A stretch of 63,783 nucleotides of DNA, the filler included, from Intoshia linei (lineage: Eukaryota; Animalia; Orthonectida), in assembly GCA_001642005.1 (NCBI GenBank). It is 9 parts of 9 records of this genome, joined end to end, with 100 filler letters (N's around TTAATTAATTAA, not from the genome) between each part and the next. Parts side by side here need not be neighbours in the genome. Positions count along the whole stretch, not along the records: positions 1 to 4,929 come from LWCA01001861.1; positions 5,030 to 30,450 come from LWCA01000503.1; 7 more parts are not named here. One strand, 5' to 3'. Numbering within the stretch: the first letter of the stretch is position 1; the number at the start of each line of letters is the position of its first letter. Positions 1 through 11,218 of the stretch are shown here, one piece after another. Made by a program: the position numbers and the translations under genes. The notes under the pieces are model-generated. The model was not told the origin of the DNA. It saw nothing but the letters and a program-made list of their open reading frames with translations, and did not search any database.

Positions 1-1151
1 TATATTCAGTTTCAATCTAATAAATACTTAAAAATACCAATTGTGTATCAATAAATTAATTGAATCTTCACATTATAAATATTTCAGTCGAATTTTACCA
101 TTATTGCAAAGAATTGTAATATAAAAATGATTGATGTTAAAAATGTATCACTAATTTTGGCCTTTTTTCTTGTGAATGTTACTTTTCTTTTTACCATTTT
201 ATGTTAAATTTGTAACGATTATCAATAAAAAAAAATAACATGTTTCAGTTAATATAAATTTAATTTTATAAATTCGTTGCTGTAGTGTTAAAATTTGATA
301 ATTATAAAAAATGTTTTGAAAATTTGAAATTTAAAAATTGCGTAGCAATGAAAAAAAATACGAAGGAATGAATTATATGGATTTTCACCCATATGTTTTT
401 ATTGGAAATGTGTAGACGTACAATGCACATTTTTTTTAAATTTTAGGATCAATATTTACATTTTCAATTTAATCGAAATATTTGAAAAATATTGGTTGAT
501 AATATATTAAAAATTAATTATTTTTTACCGAGAATGCGTAGATTTCTGGCGTTGAAATTTGTATTTATATCAACTGGAATAAGCTCTATCAGAATAATTT
601 TTTTTTTTTTAATTTTCGGATTTTTAATTATTTCACATTTTTTGTTTTAATAAATGTAAAATATTTCGGAAAAAAATATATGAATACTTAAATGCTTTTT
701 TATACCGTGAAGTCGTCACTTATTCGGATTGAAATTTTCTGTGTGTGTTAACAGGATACAACTGTACCTACCTGTAAATTTTTTGAAATTCTAGGGCTGT
801 TTTCATAAAAAAAGAAGGGTAATTGGTTTTCAAAAAAAAAAATGAAGGGAATTTGTGGTTTTGGTCCTGAAGATATAATTTTTTTAAATTTAAATTTATG
901 ATAATGTTTACGATTTTAAAATTTGCATCAGCGTATATATTTTTTTAAATTCTCCAACTCGTTTGATTTTCAAAAAGAGGGACAACTGGGGTTTTTAACC
1001 CGTAAGATGTGGAATTGGGAGGTTGAAATTTATCTTATTATACGTCCCAGAAAAAACTGTAATTGAAATGTTATCTTTAAAAAATTTTAAAAATGCTAGT
1101 TATTTTATTAAAGTCAAACAAAAATCTCGTAGCCTTTTATATAAGTTAGGA
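1..1151 (-). mobile_element. Non-autonomous Helitron, 5' ~1.15 kb (runs off contig start)
   Basis: Reverse complement of the repeat at 57068-58300. On the minus strand it begins A|TCCTAACTTATATAA, the Helitron 5'-TC after an A. Confidence 0.8.
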
Positions 1152-1569
1152 TGTATATTATACAAATGTACATTAAATTTTGATATTTAATATAAGTGGG
1201 CACGCGTCAACAAATCAATATCTTGTTGATTATACCAATTATAATAGTAATATTTAGAATGTATTATTATACTGTCAGTGGGCATGCGTATCGAGCTGAC
1301 TTTCGTTGATATTTAGAATATTATTATATATATTAATATAATAGTATATTTTATTGTAGATTGAAAAAATCTACTCTAATTTATCATTCAAGGACAACCA
1401 CAAAGCCAATGAAAATATACAATTTATGCAAAAAATTGAACCAGTTGATATAAATATTCAACAATTTTATATTGATTAAATGTATACCGATATTTGTTGC
1501 GATATAGCAATATATTTAATGTTAAATTCTTTCCGGTGTAATATAAAAAAATTATAATTATCACTATTT

Positions 1570-1989
1570 AATAATAAGTGAAATTATATCATAATAAAAT
1601 GACACATTGGCTGCCAATACGAATGATTTTTATTTTAATGTTTTGGAAGCTCAAGTAAACGAAACCGTGTCCTCGTGTGAAAAATATAGTATTTTTAATC
1701 CACATATTTAAATTATCTATGGCAGTTGGATTTTGTCGGACATTTATCTGTTATAAATAATTCAAACCGATGTATGTTAGTCAGGGTTTATAATTACTCC
1801 GGTTGGCTCAAAGTTTCCCCAATTGAAACTTTAAATGCTGAATCAGTGGTTTATCATATTTTATATAACACCGATGCTCGATTTGGTGTACCTAATCAAA
1901 TTCGCATTCGTTTCTATTTTCTTCATCATGATTGGAATCGGTTTCAATTGGATATGATTCAGTTATTTAATTCCATAATTAATCCATAA
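1570..1989 (+). pseudogene. Degraded retroviral-type (Gypsy-like) integrase: HHCC remnant plus rve core
   Basis: Reads YLWQLDFVGHL...NRCMLVRVYNYSGWLKVSPIETLNAESVV...ARFGVPNQIR, matching the rve pattern WQxDFxGPL...VDxFSxW...RFGxP. Upstream are YHNKMTH and SCEKY. Stops and frameshifts are present. Confidence 0.7.
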
Positions 1990-3590
1990 GCTATTCATAA
2001 ATTTTTTATTTTATTTATAAGAGGTTCCTAGATAATCAAATTTGTTGCATTTAATGTAAAAATTTTTAATAACTTCACAAATATGAGAGATAGTTGTGTT
2101 CCTTTATGTTTGATGTGATTGCTTATATCAGGGATACCCAACCTGTCGATCGCAAATGATTTTCTAGTTGATCGTTGAAATTAAAAAATGGGAATTTTTA
2201 TTTTAATAATTATTATAATACTCATTATTAAAATAATCTTTATTTTAAAACTATTTTTTTTAATATTTATAAAATTTAATTATATTTATATATTGTTAAA
2301 AATACAGCTCATTACATGTGGAGTGAGTAACGGAACTTTACTTATTTAATCCCTTATTTAGCAATATTATCAAATTATGTACTAGCTACATTATATTAAA
2401 TCATTTGGATTAGTCCACTATTTCTTATACTAGGTTTTGCCGATATGTTTCAAATATACAGCGAAAGTGCTTCGAATTATCCCAAATTTTATAATTTAAA
2501 CATAAATTGATAAAAATTAATTTTGATAAAAATGTTAAATGTTAACAGTTTCTATAGAATAATTTTCTATATGCAATTTTTTGAAATCAAATAGTTAGAC
2601 TGATTGTTCCATTAATAAAATTTAAGTTCTGAAAAACCCTTATGTTTTTATTTTTATTGTACGAAGCTTTTCAACTTTTATACTTTAACATATATTAAAA
2701 AACTAAATTGTATAATTAAATTTCAACATAATTATATTTTAGGCAATATAGTACTTTTAAACTTTAAAGTCGATTTATGAAAAACTGTTTTTGCAGAACA
2801 TTATAACTCTAACACTGCGAGGTATTTATATCAAATAGAATCGTTCAATCGTTTTATTTCAAGTGAATTCCATCTTATATGAATAAATTATCTCGAGTAG
2901 AATAGTTTCTCTTCAATGAGATTCTTCATGTACAATGCAATTATAATCACCAACCAAATATTAGTGATTTACACACTGTGCCAAAATATTATGCAAATCA
3001 TTAAAAGTTGTGTAATTTAGTCTACAATTGATTAAAGCAGTGGTTTTCAACCGGGGGGCCGCTAAATTTATCAGGGGGGTCGTGAGAATTTGAATTTTTT
3101 ATGAATATATTTTTTTTATTTTAGTATATAATATTGACAGTAATAATGTTAAGGAAATATTTTTACATTCTGTATTAGACTTTAAATGTTCTTCTTCACT
3201 CAATATAACTTACATAAACTACATGTATTCCCGATAAAATACAGGATGAAGTAATAGATTTAATAAATGATTCCACTACACGTAATAATATCTATGAAAA
3301 ACCACTAAGTACTTTTTTGTGTTTTATAAGTTTTAATAAGATATTTTATAATAATGATAATATGCGTTATTGGGTATTTGCTATGTTTGTGTAATTTTTA
3401 TTATTTAAGTTATATAATTAGTAATTATATACATTATGATGTTACAAAATATTAATTTTATTTCGATTTAGAGTAAACAGATGACGAAAATTATAATTAA
3501 TAGTAAAAAAATGATGTAAGATAAAAAATGATTTAATTAAATTAAAAATATATTTACATGCATGAATTACCATAATTTACGATTATAATT

Positions 3591-4120
3591 TCAATATAAA
3601 ATATTCTCCAATATTTCAAGGGTCATTCCTTGTCTCCGGTTTGTGAGAACTAGCTTGGCTTTACTGAAAAACCGTTCAGCAATATTGGATGTTGGTGAAA
3701 TGTAATCAATATTAATGTATTTCAGTACATTTTTACATTTCTTGGATTTATTTTGGGCTCGCGTTACTATTTTATCATTTTCATCGCTTGTTGGATAGAC
3801 TAGATTTAGGAAATTATTTACACTTAGACTCTCGTCCAGTGTCAATAATTCCATTTTTTGTATTTTTACTAGAGCATTTTCAAAAATAGGACATTCCATA
3901 ATTTTTGAATCATTCGCTAAATAACGTTTCATTTCAGGGTAAATTTCAATTAAATAATCAAAAATATCTCTAACCATACACATTGTGAGTTAACTATCTT
4001 GTAATTTTAGAGTAACAGTATTCAATTCTGTTAATGATTTGAAAAATTCCAAAATTTCATCATTTTCATTAGGATTAAATAGAAAATTTATCAAACCAGA
4101 ACTGTTAAAGTCAAACAGTT
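3591..4120 (-). pseudogene. hAT transposase C-terminal (dimerisation domain) remnant
   Basis: SPTSNIAERFFSKAKLVLTNRRQGMTLEILENILY matches the hATC motif (S..ER.FS......RR..L...LE.L). Confidence 0.75.
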
Positions 4121-4336
4121 GAAGTGAACAGTCAAACAATAAAATAACATTCAAAACTATGTCAACACTAAAAATATTTTTAAATGTTTTGCATGTTTTT
4201 CAATTTATTAGTGAATGTAATTATAATTTTTGATTTTAAGTTTGTGGTCATTATAGTTATGGATATGGTTGAGATAATAAAAAAATAAATTCAGTTTTTA
4301 CTTTATTTTTAAATTAATTGCAATAAAAACAAAATA

Positions 4337-4929
4337 CAGGTTATTCTCGATATTTTAACAAAAATAGTTGCAAAAAGTGTTCTAAATATCGTGAATAACT
4401 AATAGCAATATTTATATAGCAAAAAATACATTTAGATTTGAATTTTTTTATTAATTATTTTATTTGAATATTGATTCAAGTAACATTTCTATAATATACA
4501 TTTTTATTTTTATAACAAATTTTTTTACAATTCTCATGATTTACTTTTTGATTTTCATGTTAAAACGGCAAATTAAAATTAAATAAGAGTTCGATAGCAA
4601 ACAGTTGCGGAAGCCTGATGTAAAACAAACAATTATTAACTGAAACGAACTGAGATAAAATATTTATTTCTTAAACAATTTTTCTCTAAATCCCTTACGA
4701 CATCTTCTATGCTAAAATTATTCAGCTCTGCAAAGCCTATACATTTTGATAATCCTTCAAAGGCTTTATTCACATTAATTACTTCAACGGTATTATCTTC
4801 CTCAAAAAGTTCTTCATTATCAACTGATTTATTGTTGTTAACAATTCTGACAATATCTTCATCGGTATATGTTTTATATTCAACAAGCTCCACATAGCTA
4901 AATAATTATAACATTAAATATTATCTATA
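4337..4929 (-). mobile_element. pogo/Tigger 3' end with transposase C-terminal remnant
   Basis: TA|CAGGTTATTCTCGATAT TIR-like end. ORF 4636-4893 has the acidic TDEDIV...EEDN...AFEGL tail typical of Tigger transposases. Confidence 0.55.
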
Positions 4930-5029
4930 NNNNNNNNNNNNNNNNNNNNNNNNNNNNNNNNNNNNNNNNNNNNTTAATTAATTAANNNNNNNNNNNNNNN
5001 NNNNNNNNNNNNNNNNNNNNNNNNNNNNN
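4930..5029. other. Artificial contig spacer N44-TTAATTAATTAA-N44
   Basis: Identical 100-bp spacers at 4930, 30451, 39317, 41201, 47274, 50920, 61060 and 62468. The core has stops in all six frames. Confidence 0.97.
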
Positions 5030-5081
5030 ATCTAGTACTTGAGAGATTTGGAAATTTATTAAATTTTATTTTTGGTTTATT

Positions 5082-5760
5082 TCATGAAACTTTTAACATT
5101 TTATAGGAATTAACTAATTTTTCTAATTCAGCATAATCGCCTCTACACCAAATAGTGCTTTGTGGTACATCAATTTCTCCTACGTATTGTTGACTAAGGT
5201 TGTCATCATTCGACATTAACCATGATAAAAATAAGTAGTTAATGTTTGGACTTATTGTAAAAGGGTCAAATATTCCATTTATGTATATTCTAAGAAGTCT
5301 ATCCAATATATGGCGTTGGCACNTCTACACCAAATAGTGCTTTGTGGTACATCAATTTCTCCTACGTATTGTTTACTAAGGTTGTCATAGTTCGATATTA
5401 ACCATGATACAAATGAGTAGTTGATGTTTGGACTTATTGTAAAAGGGTCAAATATTCCAATATGTATATTCTAAGATGTTTATCCAATATATGGCGTTGG
5501 CACCCATAATACTCCACTTTTGTATTAAAAACATTATCATTGAGCATTTTTACTACTCTATTTTTTTTGCTCGTATTCACATTACATGTATCACAGATTA
5601 TCATTACTATGTTATCAATGATTTCATACGTCTCGATAGTTTCCTTTATTGCACAGAAAAGCGTTGCTGAAGTTCCATTCTTTAGATGATGAACATCAAT
5701 CGCAACACCCGGGTTTTATTCATATTGAACACATACTACCAGTTATTCAACAATATTATT
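5082..5760 (-). pseudogene. hAT-like (hATm-type) transposase remnant
   Basis: Reads MIICDTCNVNTSKKNRVVKML...YYGCQRHILDKHLR (DT..N.G and CxxH motifs) with in-frame stops. Related to the protein at 43003-43308. Confidence 0.65.
5141..5503. repeat. ~182-bp tandem duplication joined by a single N
   Basis: 5141-5322 and 5323-5503 are near-identical, with about a dozen differences. Confidence 0.9.
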
Positions 5761-5997
5761 GGACCAATCTTTACATAGAATAGATAGATAGATACATAGG
5801 TAGAAACAAAAAAAAATATAAAATAAAAAACTTTTTCTGATAAATGAGATTCAAGATAATAGTAGACAAAAGAGCTTTATAAAATAACGATTAAGAGTAA
5901 AAAAGAATTTAGGACTACGAGAAATTATATTTTCTATATAATCCTCAAAAAAACTAATCATATTATTTTTATTTTAGTCGTGAATCGTAAAATCGTG

Positions 5998-8573
5998 ATG
6001 GATCGATTAAAAAATATGAAGATGGAAGGAACTATGACGTATTGAATTTATTCTTAGAAAGTAATGATATTTTTAGACCTGGAACCTCTTTGTTGTCGAT
6101 TAACGATGCTTGGAACGTCCCAAACCCATGTGAAATTACTTCTCAACAAAAAATGAACAGAGAAGTCACAAAAATGGTTTTTATCTTTGATTTTAACTCA
6201 TTCTAGTTTCAAATTTTAGTCTGAAGTTGCTGAAATTGTAAGTGGTCATTTTAAAGCAAGTTCTGATAGTAGCAATTATTTGAAATGTAATTTTAGAATT
6301 TAAATTATTTATTAATTAAAATAATTTTATTATAATATTAAATATAGATGAATATTGCGCCGATATATTTCCTATCGACCTGGTCCACATAAACTTTCTA
6401 AGGCTACAACTAGAAAACACAGTTGATGAACCTACCATGCGAATCCCGCCTCCACCTTCACCAAATGACAATATTTATGCTTCTACATTGATTGTAAGTT
6501 ATTCATTGTATAAATAAATCTATTTAATTGTTTAGTTTAACGAGGAATTAGAAATTTTTTATGATAAAATACAGCCATTTTGTCGTTCTCATACAGTCAC
6601 TATTTTGAAAAAAGTTATTGTTTTGTTGGAAATTGACTTGGGATTGTTTACGCCAAAATTAATATCTAAATTTTTTCCAAAATGTAAAGTTCAATGTTAC
6701 ACTCAAAAGGATATAATAAACAGTTATGAGGACTATGTTGAAGGCAAATGTGATGTTGTTGTCGAAGAAGCTGCGACTCCATATGACGAAAACAATTTTA
6801 ACCCTGATACAAACTACTACAAAAAAAGAGCTACTCAGTTTTGGTGGAAAATTTCGAGTGAACCTCGCATTATGGATATTTTTTCATATTCGGATTATCA
6901 AAAGAGGAGTCATTTAACTTTTATGAAAGTACGAATTATTGAAATTTTAATAATTAAATTTAGACCAGATGCCAGGATGTCAATTTCAATGGCAATGCAG
7001 ATAGCAATGGGAATTTTAACGTTAAAAGGTTTTTAGTTTACTACTTATTACGGGCACTCTTCCATAACTCCACGTATGATTATTTAGTCACGAGATTACT
7101 ACTTTCATATTAAAATGTTGATAATTTAGAAATCGTGAAGTTCTAACATATATACACGGTTATGAATTAATAATTGAAAATTACGATATTCTCAAAAATA
7201 TTGCAAAATGCTTTGATGTTTTACCAGATTTTTTAAATGTAATTTATTTTTTGTTTTAATTTTATTTAACTGAAAATTTATTATAGCCAAATAGCTTGAA
7301 AAACATGTTTTCATATATTAAAGAGTCTTTTACAGGAATTAATGTACCCAGAATCAGTATGTGGGTTCCAGGAAGCAGACAATCACGTACGTTTTATTTT
7401 GCAACTGAAATTTATATATTTAGCTCGAATGCCTGTTTTAAGTACATATGGAATATACGTCAACACTGGACCAGGTATATTGGAATGGTATGTGATTGAT
7501 TCAAAGCATTACAATAAATTTAAAATGATGACTGAAAGGTGCCAATTGAATTTTATTTTTTAATTCTCATTTAGTCTCAATATAAATTTGAATTATAACA
7601 ACTATTGGCCAAATCTAACTGAATTGAAATTAAAAAAAATACCTGTAATTATGTTTTCTCAAAAAACTGGAGATGTTGTACATCTCAAACAAAACACTAT
7701 TTATTGGATTGAATCTACTGTACTAATTTTAATATTATTTTGCATTTTTTATCTAGGGCTGGTCAAATTCTATATCTTGGTGCACCGCTGCCGTTACTAA
7801 AGATCAATTTATTAAAATGAGAAATACATATCTGTATAATCAATTTAATTCGTTTCCAATGGAATTTCCGTTAATTCAACTTGCATGGAACATTCACAAA
7901 TCTATCACCGTTGATGAAAGCCTTTCTGTAGCTATTATGTAGGTTTTATTTTTACTAGATTCAATTGGTTTTAGAGATTTCCTCAAATATTCACTTAATG
8001 CATGGCCCATTGGTCAATCAATTCAATATTCACGACAGAACAATATAGAAGTCAAATACCACAAATATTTTGTTGCATACAACTGTTACATTTGTTTTGT
8101 AAGTTTTTATATGTACAAAATAAAAAAAATAGATAACTTCCCATGAAGGATCTATATCCAACATCGCATCAACATAGTTTCAAATATTAAATCCCAATAT
8201 AAATGTAGCTTCTATTTTAATACTTCTACATTTTTTAATCACCTTAAAATTCTTAAGAATTATTCGTAAGTAGATGACTTTTTATAATTTTTTACAGTAA
8301 ATTTTTATTAATTTTACAAAAAAACAACTCAACTTTTGAATACTAATTTCTGAGATTGAAAAACACTGATGGACATTTAAAAAATGTATAATTTAGACAG
8401 AAATTTGGAATCAATACTTTTCTGTAACAGAATATCGAAGTGACGTGGTACACAGACAAATAATGTGCATGAAATGCGTTTATAAACACCTTTATTCAAA
8501 AAATGCAAAACTTGTCATGATTTACAGATATACTCAAAACGAAGTAGACGATGAATGGTCCCAAATTTGTTAA
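5998..8573 (+). CDS. KDM6: KDM6 (UTX/JMJD3)-like JmjC plus C-terminal Zn-binding domain protein, multi-exon, metal ligands lost
   Basis: Splices through GT-AG introns (e.g. 6039-6076, 6929-6963, 7387-7423) into one open frame. It has KDM6 signatures IDLGLF, VPGSR, NTGPG..EW, YWPNL, QKTGDVV, GWSNSISW, LAWN, CYIC...CMKC. The start codon is tentative. Confidence 0.85.
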
Positions 8574-8626
8574 TTGTTACAAACTGTAGATATAAATAAA
8601 TTGTATAGAAAAAAATTTAATGTGGT

Positions 8627-10797
8627 TTAGGCGATAGAGTATGGTAGTCCAAGGTCATCGGTTTCAAGTGCTTTTTCAAGATTCATTCCTTTAGAGTTTC
8701 CTAGTCCGTACATGTAATTTTCATAGTTTTTGCCTTCAATGTTATTGTCAAAATGCAGCTAAAATATAATAATGATTTACATATTAGTAAAAATATATAT
8801 TGCATTTTATTAACATAACTTGTGATTAGTCTAATTAGAAGTCAATTTATTAGGTTTTTTATCAAGTTTTTTTATTGTTTCCTGGTAATTTTTCTTTAAT
8901 GGTCCGCGATAAATTTTATAATTTATCACCGGTCCACAGTGAAAAAAGTGTGGGGACCGCTGGTTTATGTAATAGGTTTACTAAAATCTATTAGTCTATA
9001 AATTGATGATCCTCTGAGTAAAACCGCATCGACCAGAACTAGAAAAGACGCGCGATTTTGCTGAAGTACATTAAATATTTTTATTTGTCAGATCAAGAGA
9101 GGTGGCTAAGTTTATATGACTGCGTATCGTTTGTGAAATTTTTTTAGATGTTTATTTTCATTTTCGGCTAATCTCGAACTGAATATATTCGGCTCTGTGT
9201 GTAGGTCACACCCATAAAGATTTTAATATAAAAATAATACCTGAACAAGAGAAAAGAATACGTGACCGGTTACGAGACTATCACTGCCTGCTTGGTGTTT
9301 CATTCCAACTCGTTCTACCTAAATTGAATATAGAATAAAATAAAACAATTAGTTAGAATTTGTACTGTCTTTTCTCGATTATAAGAAGCCTTCTTATATT
9401 CGAGAGTAGAATAAAAAATATTTATAATCAAAAACAAGCAAACTTTTAAACAGACCTTGAAAAATACACTAAAAGTTTTTTTCTAATTAGTATAAACTTA
9501 TAAATTAGACATTCTATTGTATGAAGGAAGTTATTTTTTAGAAATAAATTGATATGTTGTCTATTTTTTGTTTAAAGTTTTTTAGAATACAAGCAGAAAC
9601 TGCTTATATTTAAATTTTATTTAGTTAAAAATTTCACTGAAAATTTGTACTTTACAGGGTCTGCTTATATTCGAGAAAAGACAGTAGAAATTTAATTTTT
9701 AAGTTAATTAAATTTTTCAGTATAAGACTATCATTAAATGATGACCAGGCCTCGTATGTATTATACTACTTATATGGACAAGAGCATTCTTGCCATAATG
9801 TGGAGGAAGCATAAAGTTCGGATATGTGATCAAAAACTTTAAAAAAATCTATAAAATATTATACACTTCGTTGTATTCGAACTTCTAAAATCTACTTTAC
9901 TATAACTTGACTTATATGAGATAACTTGTCCTACTGACTCGTATATCATAAATCAGACTCGTATCAATTATGGATCAATTAATTATCAAGAATGGAGAAG
10001 TGTAAATAACTATTACTACACATTGACCATATTAAAATATATAAAAAATCAAATAAATTACGTTTAAACAATTAGCTAATTCTTGAAGACCACCCTTCAA
10101 AGATCCGCAACTTTTAATCAAATATTTGATATCGTAATGTTTCGGGAAAAGGATATCCATATCATTTAAAAAAATTTGACAACTTTCTGGTATTTCTTTG
10201 TTAAGTAAAAGTTTCATCAAATAACCGTAATCATAAGTACTGTGAAATGATATCCATGTAATTTTTTTATTCAGAACCAAACCACTAACCATAAACATTT
10301 CACCAAATAGCTGATGATCAATACCATCTGACGCATGTCTGCTAAAATCAATACCGGCTTCTTGTAACATTTGAATGGAATCATGCGCATGCATATCTAC
10401 ACTAAATAATAATAAAATATTTAAAAGTTCCAAAAATCCTTACTCCAAATTAAATTTAAAATTAAACTGCCAGGTGGATATTCCATCGGGAACTTGTCCT
10501 TTTTCATTCATAAGTGTTATTCCCAGTTGGATTAACTTTAAAAGGTCGACATTGCATCTCAATAATTGAAAGATGTGATCAGATTGATACCGAAATTCTC
10601 CTAATGGTCTCGCTACTACCCCAGGAAATTCTGTATCCTAATGGATAATCAAATATCAAACAAAATACATGTTATTAATTTACCATCGCCACATATGGAT
10701 ATTTTTCTATAAGATTTGTCATTTTTATGTACTGTTCTGTAAAATTGTTTGACCAAACGTTAATAATTCCATTTTTAATTTTTTCGTCTTCAGACAT
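8627..10797 (-). CDS. CNOT7: CCR4-NOT deadenylase CAF1/POP2 (DEDDh), 5 exons, 285 aa
   Basis: Exons 10797-10684, 10637-10444, 10401-10062, 9318-9241, 8758-8627. Motifs AMDTEFPG, LRCNVDLLKLIQLG, TWQFNFKF, YDIKYL, HQAGSDS, YMYGLG. Catalytic residues are intact. Confidence 0.95.
9365..9684. mobile_element. Tc1/mariner-pogo-class MITE in CNOT7 intron
   Basis: TIR CTGTCTTTTCTCGA(T/A)TATAAG at both ends, flanked by TA. Confidence 0.85.
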
Positions 10798-11218
10798 TAT
10801 ATCATTTATTATTGAGATGTTTCCGGCAATATTTGTTGTATTAGGTATAGAATAAAGACCAAGTTAAAGAAAAATTAATAATTAACATTTTATTATTTAA
10901 TTTAGAAATAAAATGTCATGTCGTTTCAATAAAGTTAATTTCAACTTAATAAATTATAGATTTGAAATTCTTAAGACTTATTCAAAAAAATTTGGATCAT
11001 AAGTTATGACTTATGACATGAAAGTTATCGTTTCTATTTGTAATAACAATTACAATAACAATGTTAGTGATTTTTAGATAATTATCATCATGTACTTTTG
11101 TATTTGTTTTACTATTAAAATTATGTAATGGTAAACTTAACAAAATATAAGACTTAGAATCTAACTTTAATGCTGAAAATTTAATAAAAGTAATCAAAAA
11201 GGAATAAAATTTAATAAA

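Noticed and set aside
5141-5503. 182-bp tandem duplication as a biological event
   Set aside because: The junction is a single N inside a transposon relic, so it is most likely two overlapping contig ends or paralogous copies joined by scaffolding.
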